Assembly: GCF_001194135.2 (NCBI RefSeq)
Contig: NC_068982.1
Location: forward strand, 188,724,929 to 188,788,928
Length of the DNA: 64,000 bases
From: Octopus bimaculoides
Lineage: Eukaryota
Direction of reading: 5' to 3'
The notes under the pieces are model-generated. The model was given only the letters and a program-made list of their open reading frames with translations. It was not told the origin of the DNA and did no database searches. Shown one piece after another: positions 50,537 through 62,897 of this stretch. Each line of letters begins with the position of its first letter. Position 1 is the stretch's first letter. The position numbers were made by a program, and so were the translations under genes.

Positions 50537-53500
50537 TTGTCATTTTGCATCAGTCACGGGTAGTTGCTTGCTGTTGGTGAATGATAATGTATTTCTAGGG
50601 CTGCATGTAGACGTAATTAACACTCGGCATTGTTTAACGTCCGTTTTCCATGCTGGTATGGGTTGGATGGTTCGACTGGGGTCTGGAAAGCCAGGAGGCT
50701 GCACCAGGCACCAGTCTGATCTGATCTGGCAATGTTTCTACAGATGGATGCCCTTCCTAATGCCAACCACTCCAAGAGTGTAGTGGGTGCTTTTTACATG
50801 CTGCTGGCACAGGGGCGAGAGGGGGCTGGCATCGACCATGATTGGATGGTGCTTTTTACGTGCCACTGGCATGGGAGCCAGTCAAGGCGGTGCTGGCATC
50901 GGCCATGTTCAGATGGTGCTTTTTACGTGCCACTGACGCAGAAGCCAGTCGGGACGAGAGAGCTGGCATCAGCCACATTTGGATGGTGCTTTTTATGTGC
51001 CATGGCACGGGGACCACAACTACAATTTCCATTTGATTTGATTTTGATGTACTTGACTCAATAGGTCTCCTCAAGCACGGCATGTCACCCTATGATCCAA
51101 GGTACTTTTGAGTGGGCTGGTTATGCGACACTGGTGTAGGTTACAGCTGTGATCTCACTTTATTTGCTGGCTCCACAATATTAATTCACTGCACATAACA
51201 TCTCCCATGTTGGTCCTTTCACAAAAACAGTGACAATTACACACTGGGAGAGACATACCACTGGGATGTACAGTGATTCAACTGATATAGCAATCCATGG
51301 TTGGCCCCTCTCAACTGGAAAACTCACTCACTAAATTTGTGGTGACAAAATCTCTCTCTTCTCTCTGTCATTGGTGAATGAGAATGGAGATGTTGAGCAG
51401 CTGCCTCACCTTCTGTGATTCCCACCAAGAACCACCTTTATTTAAGGCCCAATGAGAAAGTTCTAGAAAGGTGAATCACACAATGGCCTGACACTGATTG
51501 GTCAGTTAATCTGCTGATCATATGAAACAAAAGTGGTCTCCTTGTGGTGTCTGCTCAGCTATCTAGTAATCTGGTTTCAAATTCGCTATGCATCCATGCC
51601 CACACTGACAATGGGTTGTCATGGTTGGAGTCAGCATATATTTGGTGGCATAACTCGCCTAGATGAGTCAGAAGAGATCCACATCTTGTACATATATTTT
51701 TAATGTTTGGCCTGGTGTCTAAGGCTGAATGCCCTTCCTAGCATCAACCATTTCACAGAGTGTATTGGGACCTTTGTTTTTGTTTGTGGCACCAACACTG
51801 GGGAGGTAACATCTTCGACAAAACTAAAGGGATCTCATGATCCTTTATAATAAAAACAGTTTTACATTAATCTGTCTTACTCTATACTTTTGAAGAGTAC
51901 AAATTTGTTATTTTTTAACAAGAATATTATCGACAGTGGCTTAGAAGTTTTGGCTGGCTAAGCCATCATCAGACAACACAATGATGGCTTAGCTGTCTGA
52001 AACTACAAAGTCATTACCAATATTATTCTTGTGTGTGTGTGTGTGTTTAAGATCGATCATGAGGTTACAGAATGCATATGTATATGTGTGTGGAGAGAGA
52101 GAGAGAGGGAAAACAGGTATGATAAAATGGTTAAGCAGTTTTCAATCATGGGTTGCTTTGTTCAATCTCCCTTCACAAACGTTTAGGAAATGGTATTCTC
52201 CCTCTCTCTCTCTCGGTGTAGCTGTGTGGTAAGAAGTTTGTGTCCCACTGCATGGCACCTTAAGCAAGTGCCTTCTATAACTTTGGGCTTGCCAAAGCCT
52301 TGTGAATGGATTTGATAGAAGAAAACTGAAAGAAATTTGTCATGTATGTATATAAATATATATATACATACACACGGCTTTATCTTATTCTGTCTAATAT
52401 ATATATGTGTGCATGTTTCTGTGTTTGACCCCCACCCCCACTTGACAACCAATGTCAGTGTGTTTATGTCTCTGTAACTTAGTGGTTCAGCAAAGGAGAC
52501 CAATAGAATAAGTACCAGGCTTAAATTAAAAATAATAAATTATAGACAAATATTCTTGCTACAGTTCCATCATCTCTTTCTAAAGAAGTTTGGCTTTGCT
52601 GGTAACCGAGATTCTTATAAGTTTGGGTATGTGTGTGTGTGTGATTCTGGTGGGAATTTTAGAGCTTGTGAGTGGCCAGCTGTTTGTAAAGTTTCTGGTT
52701 TTCTTAGTCATCTTTTGGGCAATCTATCACCTTTTAAATTTTAAGGTAGTCATGGCAGAATTGTATGTATTATGGGGCTGTCCTTTTTCTCCAAAGTGTG
52801 CGCTTCATTACATGTTTTGTGTGGAGACACTGAAAAAGGCACTTAAAACTGTGTACACCCACTGACTGCATGACTGAACGAAGTCTACTGACATCATTTC
52901 AGCTTCATGGCTGAGTGGTTCACAGTAGGAAGGGACCACAGCTGTTAGAAGCAATATATTTCTTCCAACAACTTATTCATGAAAACACACACACACACAC
53001 GTATGAGTGTGTCTATCTAGATCCTTTATCTTGTTTGTCATTGGACTGCAGTCATGCTGGAGCACCACCTTAAAGGCTTTAGTCTAAGAGTCATCATGTG
53101 ATGTCAAGAGTAAATATACATACACACAGCACCTTTTATGTTTTAATTGTTTCAGCCATTAGACTTTGGCCATGCTGCAGCACTGCATCGAAGAATTTTT
53201 AGTAGAATGAATCGATCCCCAGTACTTTATTTTTTTAAAATCCTGGTACTTACACTATTGGTTTCTTTTGCCAAACCACTAAGTTATGGAGACATAAACA
53301 CACCAACACTCGTTGTCAAGTGATGGTGGTGGGGAAAAAATACAGACAGACATACACATACACACATGCATGCTTCTTTCAGTTTCTGTCTACCAGTTGA
53401 AGACACTTGCCCAAGGTGCCATGCAGTGGGACTGAACCTGGAACCATATGGTTGGGAAGCAAACCTCTCATTACACAGCCACACCTGTGCCTGTAACAAG

Positions 53501-54067
53501 CTTCTTTCAGTTTCCATCCACAAAATCTGCTTACAAACTTTTGGTCAATCTGGGTCTTTAGAAGACACTTGCCCAAGGTACTGAGCAGTGGGTCTGAACC
53601 CAAGACCAAATGGCTGGAAGTAAGCTTCTTAATCACACAGCCAAATCTGTGCTTACAAGCCATACCTGCATCTATACTGTTTATGCTAATTAGGTGGTTG
53701 TGTAGTAAGAATTTTGCTTCTCAACCATATGGTCCCAGGTTCACTCCCAATATGTGCCACTTTGGGCAAGTGTTTTCTACTATAAACTTGTGAGTGTATT
53801 TGGTAGACAGAAACTGAAAAAAGCCTGTTGTTTGTATATGTGTGTGTGTCATTGTTCCCCCCCCCCNNNNNNNNNNNNNNNNNNNNNNNCGCTTGACAAC
53901 TGGTGTTGGTGTGTTTGCATCCCATAACTTAGTGGTTTGGGAAAAAAGACAAACAATAAGTACCAGGCTTTACAAAAAATTTTTTACTTATTTAATTGAA
54001 AATTCTTCAAGGTGGTGCCCCAGCATGGCTGCAGTCTAATGAATGAAACAAAAGATATAAAACTCAC

Positions 54068-54361
54068 CTGGATAGCTTCTTCTTGAGGTTTGCTTGCACT
54101 TCCTCCATTGTCTTACAATCAATGTTTATCTCACAGCGAGCACCACGTTCCAGAAAGTCTTCATAGATTTTCTCGACCTGACTTGCCACTTGAGACTGTG
54201 CACAGGACTTGAGGGTTTTACAGGCCAGCCAGAAGTGGATGTTTTCATGGCTAAACTCTTTCCTGAGAAACGATTCAAAGCAGACGAGTCCAGCTCTGTC
54301 CGAGAGTAATTCATGTAAGCCAAAGCTCCACATCTTAACCCGTTTTTCAGTTGGTTGATCA
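54068..54361 (-). CDS. RGS9: R7-family RGS exon: RGS domain core
   Basis: Acceptor tttttgttgccgtAG, donor AG|GTGAGT; 294 nt, phase 2-2. DQPTEKRVKMWSFGLHELL...FLRKEFSHENIHFWLAC...IYEDFLERGARCEINIDCKTME, closest to the recalled RGS9 pattern PTKMRVERW...FLKKEFSGENLGFWEAC...GARRWINIDGKTMD. Confidence 0.97.
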
Positions 54362-54924
54362 CTACGGCAACAAAAACGAAAAAACAAACAAGTTATATAT
54401 GGTGTGCCCTGGTGGCCAGTAATTTGCAAGGGAGATAATCATTTCTAGATAAATCTCAGCAGAATAAGAAATTTGAATTTTAAATGAAAGACCAGGGAAG
54501 AAGATGCATAGAACCAATAATGATCCTGATAGACTTTTATTTATCACAATCTAATTAGAAGGAAACAAAGAAACAGAAAAAAACATAGTGTTGGGGGTGG
54601 GGAATTAAGCAGTAGGAGGAAGTAATGGGCTGCACACCCCAGAATAAATGGTATGTTCAGCCAGGCTTCATGGTTACACAACTGCAATGGCATTGCCAGT
54701 GGCTCTCACTGCAGTAGCCACTCCATAGAATATATTTAATGTTTCTTTTTTTGCTTATTTATTATGAAGATCTTTAAATTTCTAGTCATAAATAATCATG
54801 TATAGCACCATGACATAATTTAAGGCAAATAAGTTAAACTAAATCAAATATTTTACAAAGCATGACATTTCTTATAAATGACAAACAATTAGTTTAGAAG
54901 ACATTCATGAAATAATAAAAATCA

Positions 54925-54966
<42 letters not shown>

Positions 54967-56497
54967 GGGAAGGACGAATATAAAAGGATTGATGACTTGT
55001 TGGATGTGATTTTACTGAAGCAACTTTCAGTGCAAAAGAGTCTGGCAATCAGGTGATTATATCACAAATGTTTAGGATCAATATGCAAGGCTGGAAGAAT
55101 GAAAAGAGTGTTTGAAACTTTTACTTTATCAAATTTCTGTTGAAATATGCTGCCTTTGTTTCATTTAATTTTGAAAATAATGAATCAAGAAAAATAACTT
55201 TGTTGTTATTAACCTGGTGTTTGGAACATAAATTATCATGGAATTTTGAAAGAGGGTTTTAATTTAGATCACTTTAATACTTTTGTTATCAAATTTCTAT
55301 TTTAATTTGGATCACTTAAACTGAAAGTTTATATCATTGAACCAAAGGCTGTTTTAAGCAGGTTCGTATTGTCACCTGTTGTTTGTTGCATGAGTTGAGC
55401 TGGCCAATGAGGATATAATTAGTTAGTTGGCTGCATGAATACTAATTGAAGCAAACCACGAACATTTGACTACATCTTTATTGCCGGACATAAAGATATT
55501 TGGTGTTGGCTATTTACAACGAACTGCATAAATGTTTGTTGACTGGGAGAGAGAGAGAGAGAAACTGTGCCGCATCTGTAGAAGTTATTTAGGAGACATT
55601 ATGTGAATGTTTAGGTTTAGTTCCGTCTGTCTAAGAACCTGGAGTTGTCTGTACAAATGTCTGGATCCACCTGGTGGTAAGAGTGGTGGAACATATTGCA
55701 CAGCCACCTTCAACACTCTGTGATTAATTGAGCAGCAAAACAGTCTTTTATAAGATACAAGAAAGAACATTCTAGAAAACCACATCATGTCACAGCTTCA
55801 TGCTGATTGGTCATCTAATCACTAAGATGGTTTGAATTTGGTGTCTGACTGATTATCTAGCATTTGAGGTTTCAAATCACCACCACAGTATCAAAAGAGT
55901 TAATCTTAGGTCTGTAACCTGTGAACATAATTATTCTCATTTGATTGGCTCTGCTATCAATTAGCCTCAATATCATCTAACCTTCATTACATGCCTTACA
56001 TAATTTTTAATTACTCCTCCTTTGTGTTTCTTTCTAATTAGAAGTCACTCTCTCAACGAAGCACCAACACATTGGTAATCAGTGTCACAAAAAGAGCCCT
56101 GAATACACTCTGCAAAGTGGCCACCCAGTGGCAGAAACCATTCCAAAATAGACACAGGGGCATGATGCAGTCTTTGGATCCATCAGATCCTGTCAAACCA
56201 TCCCGATTATGCCAGCATGGAAGAGGAATGTGAAAAATGATGTGAGTAAGCATGAAATTTTACATAAATGATAGCAGGTTCATTCCCACTGTGGAGTGGT
56301 TCTCAACCATTTTTTTTTACCTATGAACCCCCTTTAGTTCTTATTGTACTTGGTCGTGGTGGTGGTGGGGTTGAGACTTGTAACCATTCAATATCTAGAA
56401 AATTCCTATTATATTTTCATGATTAAATATTATTAGGAATTGCATAAAAGACTGTCTAAATATTTTGTGTTTTGTAGAAATATAATCAGTTTATTAA

Positions 56498-56909
56498 GGC
56501 GCAAGAGTGGCTGTGTGGTAAGAAGCTTGCTTACCAACCACATGGTTCCAGGTTCAGTCCCACTGTGTGGCACCTCAGGCAAGTGTCTTCTACTATAGCC
56601 TCGGGCCAATCAAAGCCTTGTGAGTGGATTTGGTAGACAGAAACTGTAAGAAGCCCATCGTATATATATATATATATATTGTGTGTGTGTGTACATGTTT
56701 GTGTGTCTGTGTTTGTCTCTCCCACCATCACTTGACAACCAGTGCTGGTGTGTTAACATCTCCGTAACTTAGCAGTTTGGCAAAAGAGATCGATAGAATA
56801 AGTACTAGGCTTACAAAGAATAAGTCCTGGGGTCGATTTGCTCAACTAAAGGTGGTGCTCCACCATGGCCACAGTCAAATGACTGAAACAAGTAAAAGAA
56901 GAAAAAAAG
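56498..56909 (+). mobile_element. Full-length tRNA-derived SINE (family A, CORE-like segment); most abundant family here
   Basis: A box tgtgtggtaag, B box ggttcagtccc, ggcacc(t)tgggcaagtgtctt CORE-like segment, central (TA)n/(TG)n, tail gactgaaacaagtaaaag. More than 20 copies, e.g. 186-552+, 1525-1885-, 27285-27620+, 33093-33430+, 35950-36290+, 39800-40170-, 43380-43770-, 44065-44435+, 52218-52530+, 53130-53490-, 53690-54060+, 58352-58800+, 59530-59900-. Possibly one of the described octopus OR SINEs; not verified. Confidence 0.85.
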
Positions 56910-57752
56910 TTTATTGCAGATAAATTTTAAATATTAAATGGAGCCGTCCCCAAGGGCCATATGGCCCGTTGTTGGGAACCACTAGTGTAGAACCTTGGGC
57001 AAGTGTTGTCTATCATAATCTCAATCAATACTTGTGTGTGAAATCTGGCAGAGACAGTGCAGAAATCCCTTGTATTGACAAAGAGCACAAAGGATTTAAT
57101 GGATAAAGTTGCAAACATTGAACTGAGAAGTCTGCAGCCTTATATGGTGCTGCCTACGACAACTCTCAAAAGACCTTGTCTACTTAGATGTTTGTATGTA
57201 CTGAGTGAAATTATTCCTGTAAGAATTATGTTCTGCTTAAGAAGAAGACCCATCAAGCCGAGCAAAATTGCAGTCGTGGCAGATACTGGTGTTACGCAAA
57301 TTGTCCCCGTGCCGGTGGCATGTAAATGTATCTCGGAAATGTCATGGAAATGGCACTTGTGCTGGTAGAATGTAAAAGCACCCATTATGCTCTCAGAGTG
57401 GTTGGCATTAGGAATGGCATCCAGCTGTATAAAGCCATGCCAAATCAGACTGGAGTCTGGTGCAGCCTTCCAGTTTACCAGCCCTGGTCATATCGTCCAA
57501 CCCATGCCATTATGGACAATGGACGTTTGATGATAATGATAAAGAAGAAGAAGGAAAAAAAACTTCAGAGTAAGATGAAGGGAAAACCATGTCAGAAATG
57601 TATGAGGAAAACTTTGTGGATATTCCACAGGATCAGCAGAAGTTAGGTTTAGCTTGAGATTTACTCTCTCAAATATTCTTTTACTTGTTTCAGTCATTAG
57701 ACTGCAGCCATGCTGGGGCACCACCTCTTTTGAATAATTTAAGATAACTCAC

Positions 57753-57866
57753 CAGTTTGAGCTTGCTGTCCAGGCTGTGGTATCATCAGTAATCCATGGA
57801 TTGGATGGATGAGGAGGACAGAAGAATGGATCAAAATCATGATATTGCTCTACCCGATTCTGATAG
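57753..57866 (-). CDS. RGS9: R7-family RGS (RGS9/11-like) exon: C-terminal half of GGL domain
   Basis: Acceptor ttctattttacAG, donor TG|GTGAGT; 114 nt, phase 2-2. Translates [37 protein letters not shown], with the GGL hallmark DP...PSNPWxxDD. Splices in frame to the 54361 exon. Symbol means RGS9/11-like; orthology not computed. Confidence 0.93.
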
Positions 57867-58500
57867 CTGTAAAATAGAAGAACAATCTCATTAATTCTAT
57901 AAAAAAAAACCAATATTCCACTGATTGATAAATGATATCAAATGTATAGATCGGTAGATTCCGTTTACCTTAACCTCTTATATATTTTGACTTTTTGATA
58001 GAAACAGTTTTTATTCTGCCTCTTTCTCTACTCCAACCCCTATTGAGGGGTCATTTTTGTTTGTCTTGACTGTGGTCATGCTGGAGCATGATGCAGCCCT
58101 TGGACCCATTGAGTCCTGTCAAACTGTGCAACCCATGGCAACAGGGAAGACAGACCTCCAATGATCATCAGGTATTGAGGTTTTTAAAGACAAGTCGTTT
58201 AGACTGGAATGATGACTACAAGTATTGCTAGAACAACAATGTTGAAATGAAATCTCAATGGGAAACACGTGTGTTTATTAGAATTTCATTACTTCAACAA
58301 CCACCACCACCATCATCATCATGACAACTATCATCATCATCACCACCATCAGGCGTGGCTGTGCAGTAAGAAGGTTACTTTTCAACCTCATGCTTCCAGG
58401 TTCAATCCCACTGTATGGCTGCCTAGGCATGTCTTCTACTATAGCCTTGGGCTGACCAAAGCCTTGTGAGTGGATTGGGTAGATGGAAACTGAAAGAAGC

Positions 58501-58535
<35 letters not shown>

Positions 58536-59278
58536 NNNNNNNNNNNNNNNNNNNNNNNNNNNNNNNNNNNNNNNNNNNNNNNNNNNTATATAATGTATGT
58601 GTGTCTTTATGTCTGTGCCCCACAAGTGCTTGACAACTGGTGTTGTTGGCGTGTTTTTGTCTCTAACTTAGTGATTCAGCAAAAGAGGCCGATAGAATAA
58701 GTACCATGCTTTACAAAAAGTACCAGAGTAAAATTCCTCAAGGCAGTGCTCCAGCATGGCCACAGACTAACGACTGAAACGAGTAAAAAATAAAAGATTC
58801 CCATCACACAAACCATCATCATCATCACCACCATTGTGCCATCGTACAACTGTCACCTGCGACCCCTACCAGCACATTAAAATCATGACGGCGATGATGA
58901 TGATGCCATTATTTATTAGTGCTAACAGCTTCAGGGATCCTGTCCTCTTTATTTCTGACACACCCATAAAACTACTTCAACCAATATTATCAGATCTCCA
59001 GAGGAGATTTGAATGTATTTCTTGTTGTTGCTGACATCATCATCATCATCATCACTGTCATTGTTATTCTTGTCTTAACACACTTTATTCCTCCCCAACC
59101 GGATCATGAATTAAACTCGTCTGCCATTCACCATAACGTCACTCATCCCAATCCCATGACTTAACCATTTCCTGGTGGATCCACTCACAGCACACAAAAC
59201 CCATTTCACCTGTCATCCATCTTCAATTTAAGTCACGCATGCAACTATCAATGGAGTTGTCTTGACCAAGATCTTTAA

Positions 59279-59502
59279 CCCATTAAGTCCCACTGCCCTA
59301 TAAATAGGACACTAAATGAAAACATTAAATAAGCTATATCACATTGTCTCCGTGTCCTATTCATAGGACACTGAGTATTTCCATTTCTGCTTGAAGTAAA
59401 GGGAGATTTAATTATTATTTTTTTCATTTTAACCTATTTTCAATCATTTGTAAAAATTTTGAAGTAATATTCAGAAATTTAAGAACTCTGGGACTGAATG
59501 GG
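59279..59502. mobile_element. piggyBac-like TTAA MITE, family 2
   Basis: TTAA|cccattaagtccc ... gggactgaatggg|TTAA; same body as 14368-14590. Confidence 0.85.
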
Positions 59503-60155
59503 TTAATATCCAACTATTCTGTTTTTAATATTTAATTTGACTGCAGCCATACTGGAGCACTGCCTTTAGTCAAAGAAATCAACCCCTGGACTTATTCTAT
59601 TGGTCTCTTTTGCTGAACTGTTAAGTTATGAGGATGTAAACACACCAACATTGGTTGTCAAGCAATGGGGGGGGGGGATAAATGCAGACACAAACCTATT
59701 CATATATATATATATATATATATANNNNNNNNNNGCGTGTGTGATGGGCTTCTTTCAGTTTCCATCTACCAAATCCACTCACAAGGCTTTGGTCAGCCCA
59801 AGGCTATAGTAGAAGACACTTGCTCAAGGTACCACACAGTGGGACTGAACCTGGAACCATGTGGTTAGGAAGCAAGACTTCTTACCACACAGCCATGCCT
59901 GTGCCTGGATGTATAGAAATAAATGTTTTACACACCCACCTTACCTTGTATGCCAGCAAATGTTTGCCCTGGTGTCACAATGGATGTTTTTATATAACTA
60001 TATAACAGATATATATACGTGCATACAGCATTGTTTATTTATATCTAGGTTTACATGAACTGTTATGTATACAAAAATATCAACCCAGAAATGAGTATAT
60101 ATATTTATATAATTACATCACACACGCATGTACTTTATACATTGTCATAATTAAG

Positions 60156-60241
<86 letters not shown>

Positions 60242-60994
60242 TACATGAATGTATGAAAACAGATGTATACATACATGTATATAAGTAAATATATGTGTGT
60301 GTGGATACAAATTATGCATACATATATATTTACGCAAACACACATACATATAGTTATACACCTGCATAAGTATATACATACAAAATATATTTATTTACAC
60401 AAAGATGCATAAGCACATGTTTTAATCTTTCTTCCATCTTGACACACTTAGAAACAATGAAACAGAAGCACCGACCAATACCAGATTCCTCAGAGTTGCT
60501 TTGTGAGTGTAAAATAAGATTATAAGTTGTCGGCTGATGCAAATGCCCCCCCCCCTTCCTCTCGGTCATTTTTTTTTTCTCCCCCTCTTACCTCTCTTCA
60601 TCCCTTTCACACCATGTGTGCATTTGTGCGTGTGTTTTTATCGTGTCTACCATCTCCTGTTGAGAGTAGTGACTTAGTAAAGTGTGCCTAATATATAATT
60701 GATATATCAGGCCATGATTTATGTGCTCAGAGGAAGGAGGAGGAGGGGAGGAAGGTTTCTTCTATGAACACACAGAAATATCTTTGCTTGAAAGTCTGTA
60801 ACTATGCACAATTGCACACACACATGCATGTAAATGTACGTGTGTGTGTGTGTGTGTACTGATAGATAGATGTATCTTTTATGTGCAACAGAAGTAGTAT
60901 TAAATTAAAATAAACACCTGTGTATCATACTTAATGTAGAACCATTGTGAAAGGCAAATTGTGGAATTCATCAAGAAATAATCTCATATGGACA

Positions 60995-61290
60995 TCGGAG
61001 ACCCTCCAAGGTACAAGTCCGGGCAAGGTTGTTTATGGAAGACCAGCAGTCACTCATGCATATCAACCTCCCCTCTCCACGCCACCAATCGCCCAAGATA
61101 AAGGCAAGGGCTGATACAGTCTGGCACCAGTGATGTCGCAACTCATTTCTACAGCTGAGTGAACTGGAGCAACGTGAAATAAAGTGTCTTGCTCAAGAAC
61201 ATGACATGCAGCTCAGTCTGGGAATCGAACTCACAACCTCATGGTCATAAGTTCAACGCTCTAACCACTGAGCCATGCGCCTTCACATAT
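60995..61290 (-). mobile_element. tRNA-derived SINE (family C)
   Basis: gcgcatggctcagtggttagagcg...gagttcgattcccagac...cttgagcaagacactttatttcac...; variants with different 3' halves at 8295-8620+ and 17270-17552-. Confidence 0.8.
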
Positions 61291-61710
61291 GGACATACTG
61301 ATTTAAAAACACAATTATATCATTAGTAGATGAAAATCATCTAACGGCAGTTGTGAGAATGCTTGATGTGCATTTTTGCCTCACTGGACTTTGTCAGCAG
61401 CATCTATCCACTGCTTTTTGCCATTTATCTGCATTAAGTATGATATACAGATGGTTGTTTTAACTTAATACTGTTTCTGTTGCATATAATGAATTTTTAT
61501 TCAGCCATGATGGTTAGTTGCAACACTAGTGATTTTTTTCAAGGTGCCACAGAAAAAGTACTCAATACGCTCTGTAAAGTGGCTGATATCAGGAAGGGCA
61601 TCCAGCTGTAGAAACCATGTCAAAATAGACAGTGAACCTGGTGTGGCTCCTGGCCTTGCCATCCCCTGTTGAACCATGCAACCTATGCCAGCATGGAAGA
61701 TGGACATTAA

Positions 61711-61932
61711 CCCTTTTGTTACCATATTTCTGTTGAGATGTTCTGTGTTTCTTTCACTTACTTTAAATATAACAAAGAATTTAGTAAAATAACTTAGTTA
61801 TCGTTCAGCTAGTGTTAGGAACATTAATTGTGACTAAGGTTTGGAGGAAGATTGTAATTCAAAACTTATGAAAACAAGACATTTTGTACTACAGAGCCAG
61901 AGCAGGCTTCAGCCGGGTTGGTAATGAAAGGG
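61711..61932. mobile_element. piggyBac-like TTAA MITE, family 3, inserted in an RTE-tail repeat
   Basis: TTAA|cccttttgttacca ... tggtaatgaaaggg|CTAA. Confidence 0.7.
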
Positions 61933-62424
61933 CTAAATGTCTCTCGTATTAGTAGCAACAAATTTTGTCTTAGTATTTTGCTTGCAAAGATTGTGCTGTT
62001 AGGAGAGAGTTGATCTGTATGAAGAATGATGATTGGTTGAAGATGTGCCAGCATGCAAAAGAAGAAAATCATAGAAAGAAATGGTAAAAGCATCACATGA
62101 TGCTGAATCTGTTGCAAGAGATGACAGAGAGAGCAACAAATGATGAAACATTCCGAGTAAATCCATGTTATGTTAATGGAAAAAAACAGAGGCAAAATGA
62201 TGACATATAATAAATGTAGATAAAAATTTATAAAAGAAGATGGGACGAACAGGTTTTAATCCCAACAATTATTTCTGTGCATTGGTAACAGCTGGTAGTT
62301 GCTGAGTTTTCCATATACTATTACATAAATTATTATATAAATAATTACATACATAAATATGATCCAATGATGGCATATGGTAGCTGGTAAATGTATAGGA
62401 GCTTTGAAATGCATGTTACGAGGT

Positions 62425-62897
62425 TGATGACAGTACTGCCTGATTGGCACTCGTGCCAGTGGAACATTAAAAGCACATCCGAGCGTGATCATTGCCAGGG
62501 CCATGGATTGGCTCCTGTGCCAGTGACATGTGAAAAGCACCATTTGAGCATGATCATTGCCAGCGTCACCTTACCGGCACATGAAAACAACATTTGAGCG
62601 TGGTCGTTGCCAATGCCGCCAGACTGGCTCCCGTGCAGGTAGCACGTAAAAAATACCTTTTGAACATGGTTGTTGCCTGAACCACCTGACTGGCCCTCAT
62701 GCTGGTGGCACGTAAAAGCACCCACTACACCCTCGGAGTGGTTGGCATTAGCAAGGGCATCCAGCTGTAGAAACTTTGCCAGATCAGATTGGAGCCTGGG
62801 TGCAGCCTTCTGGCTCACCAGTCCTCACTCGAACTGTCCAACCCATGCCAGCATGGAAAGCGGACATTAAACAACGACGATGATGATGATGATGATA
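62425..62897 (+). mobile_element. RTE 3'-UTR-derived repeat (family B) with about 60-65-bp tandem units and (TGA)n tail
   Basis: Same tail as the LINE at 3265-3995. More than 20 copies, e.g. 650-1030-, 10658-10855-, 21330-21745+, 26450-26760-, 29050-29430+, 29840-30205+, 31345-31635+, 37700-37950+, 39190-39400-, 46440-46770+, 50630-51030-. Confidence 0.85.

Noticed and set aside
60354-60569. Candidate upstream GGL exon of the RGS gene
   Set aside because: Translation (SEESGIGRCFCFIVSK) does not fit the GGL N-terminal helix and splice signals are weak; the exon is probably outside the window.
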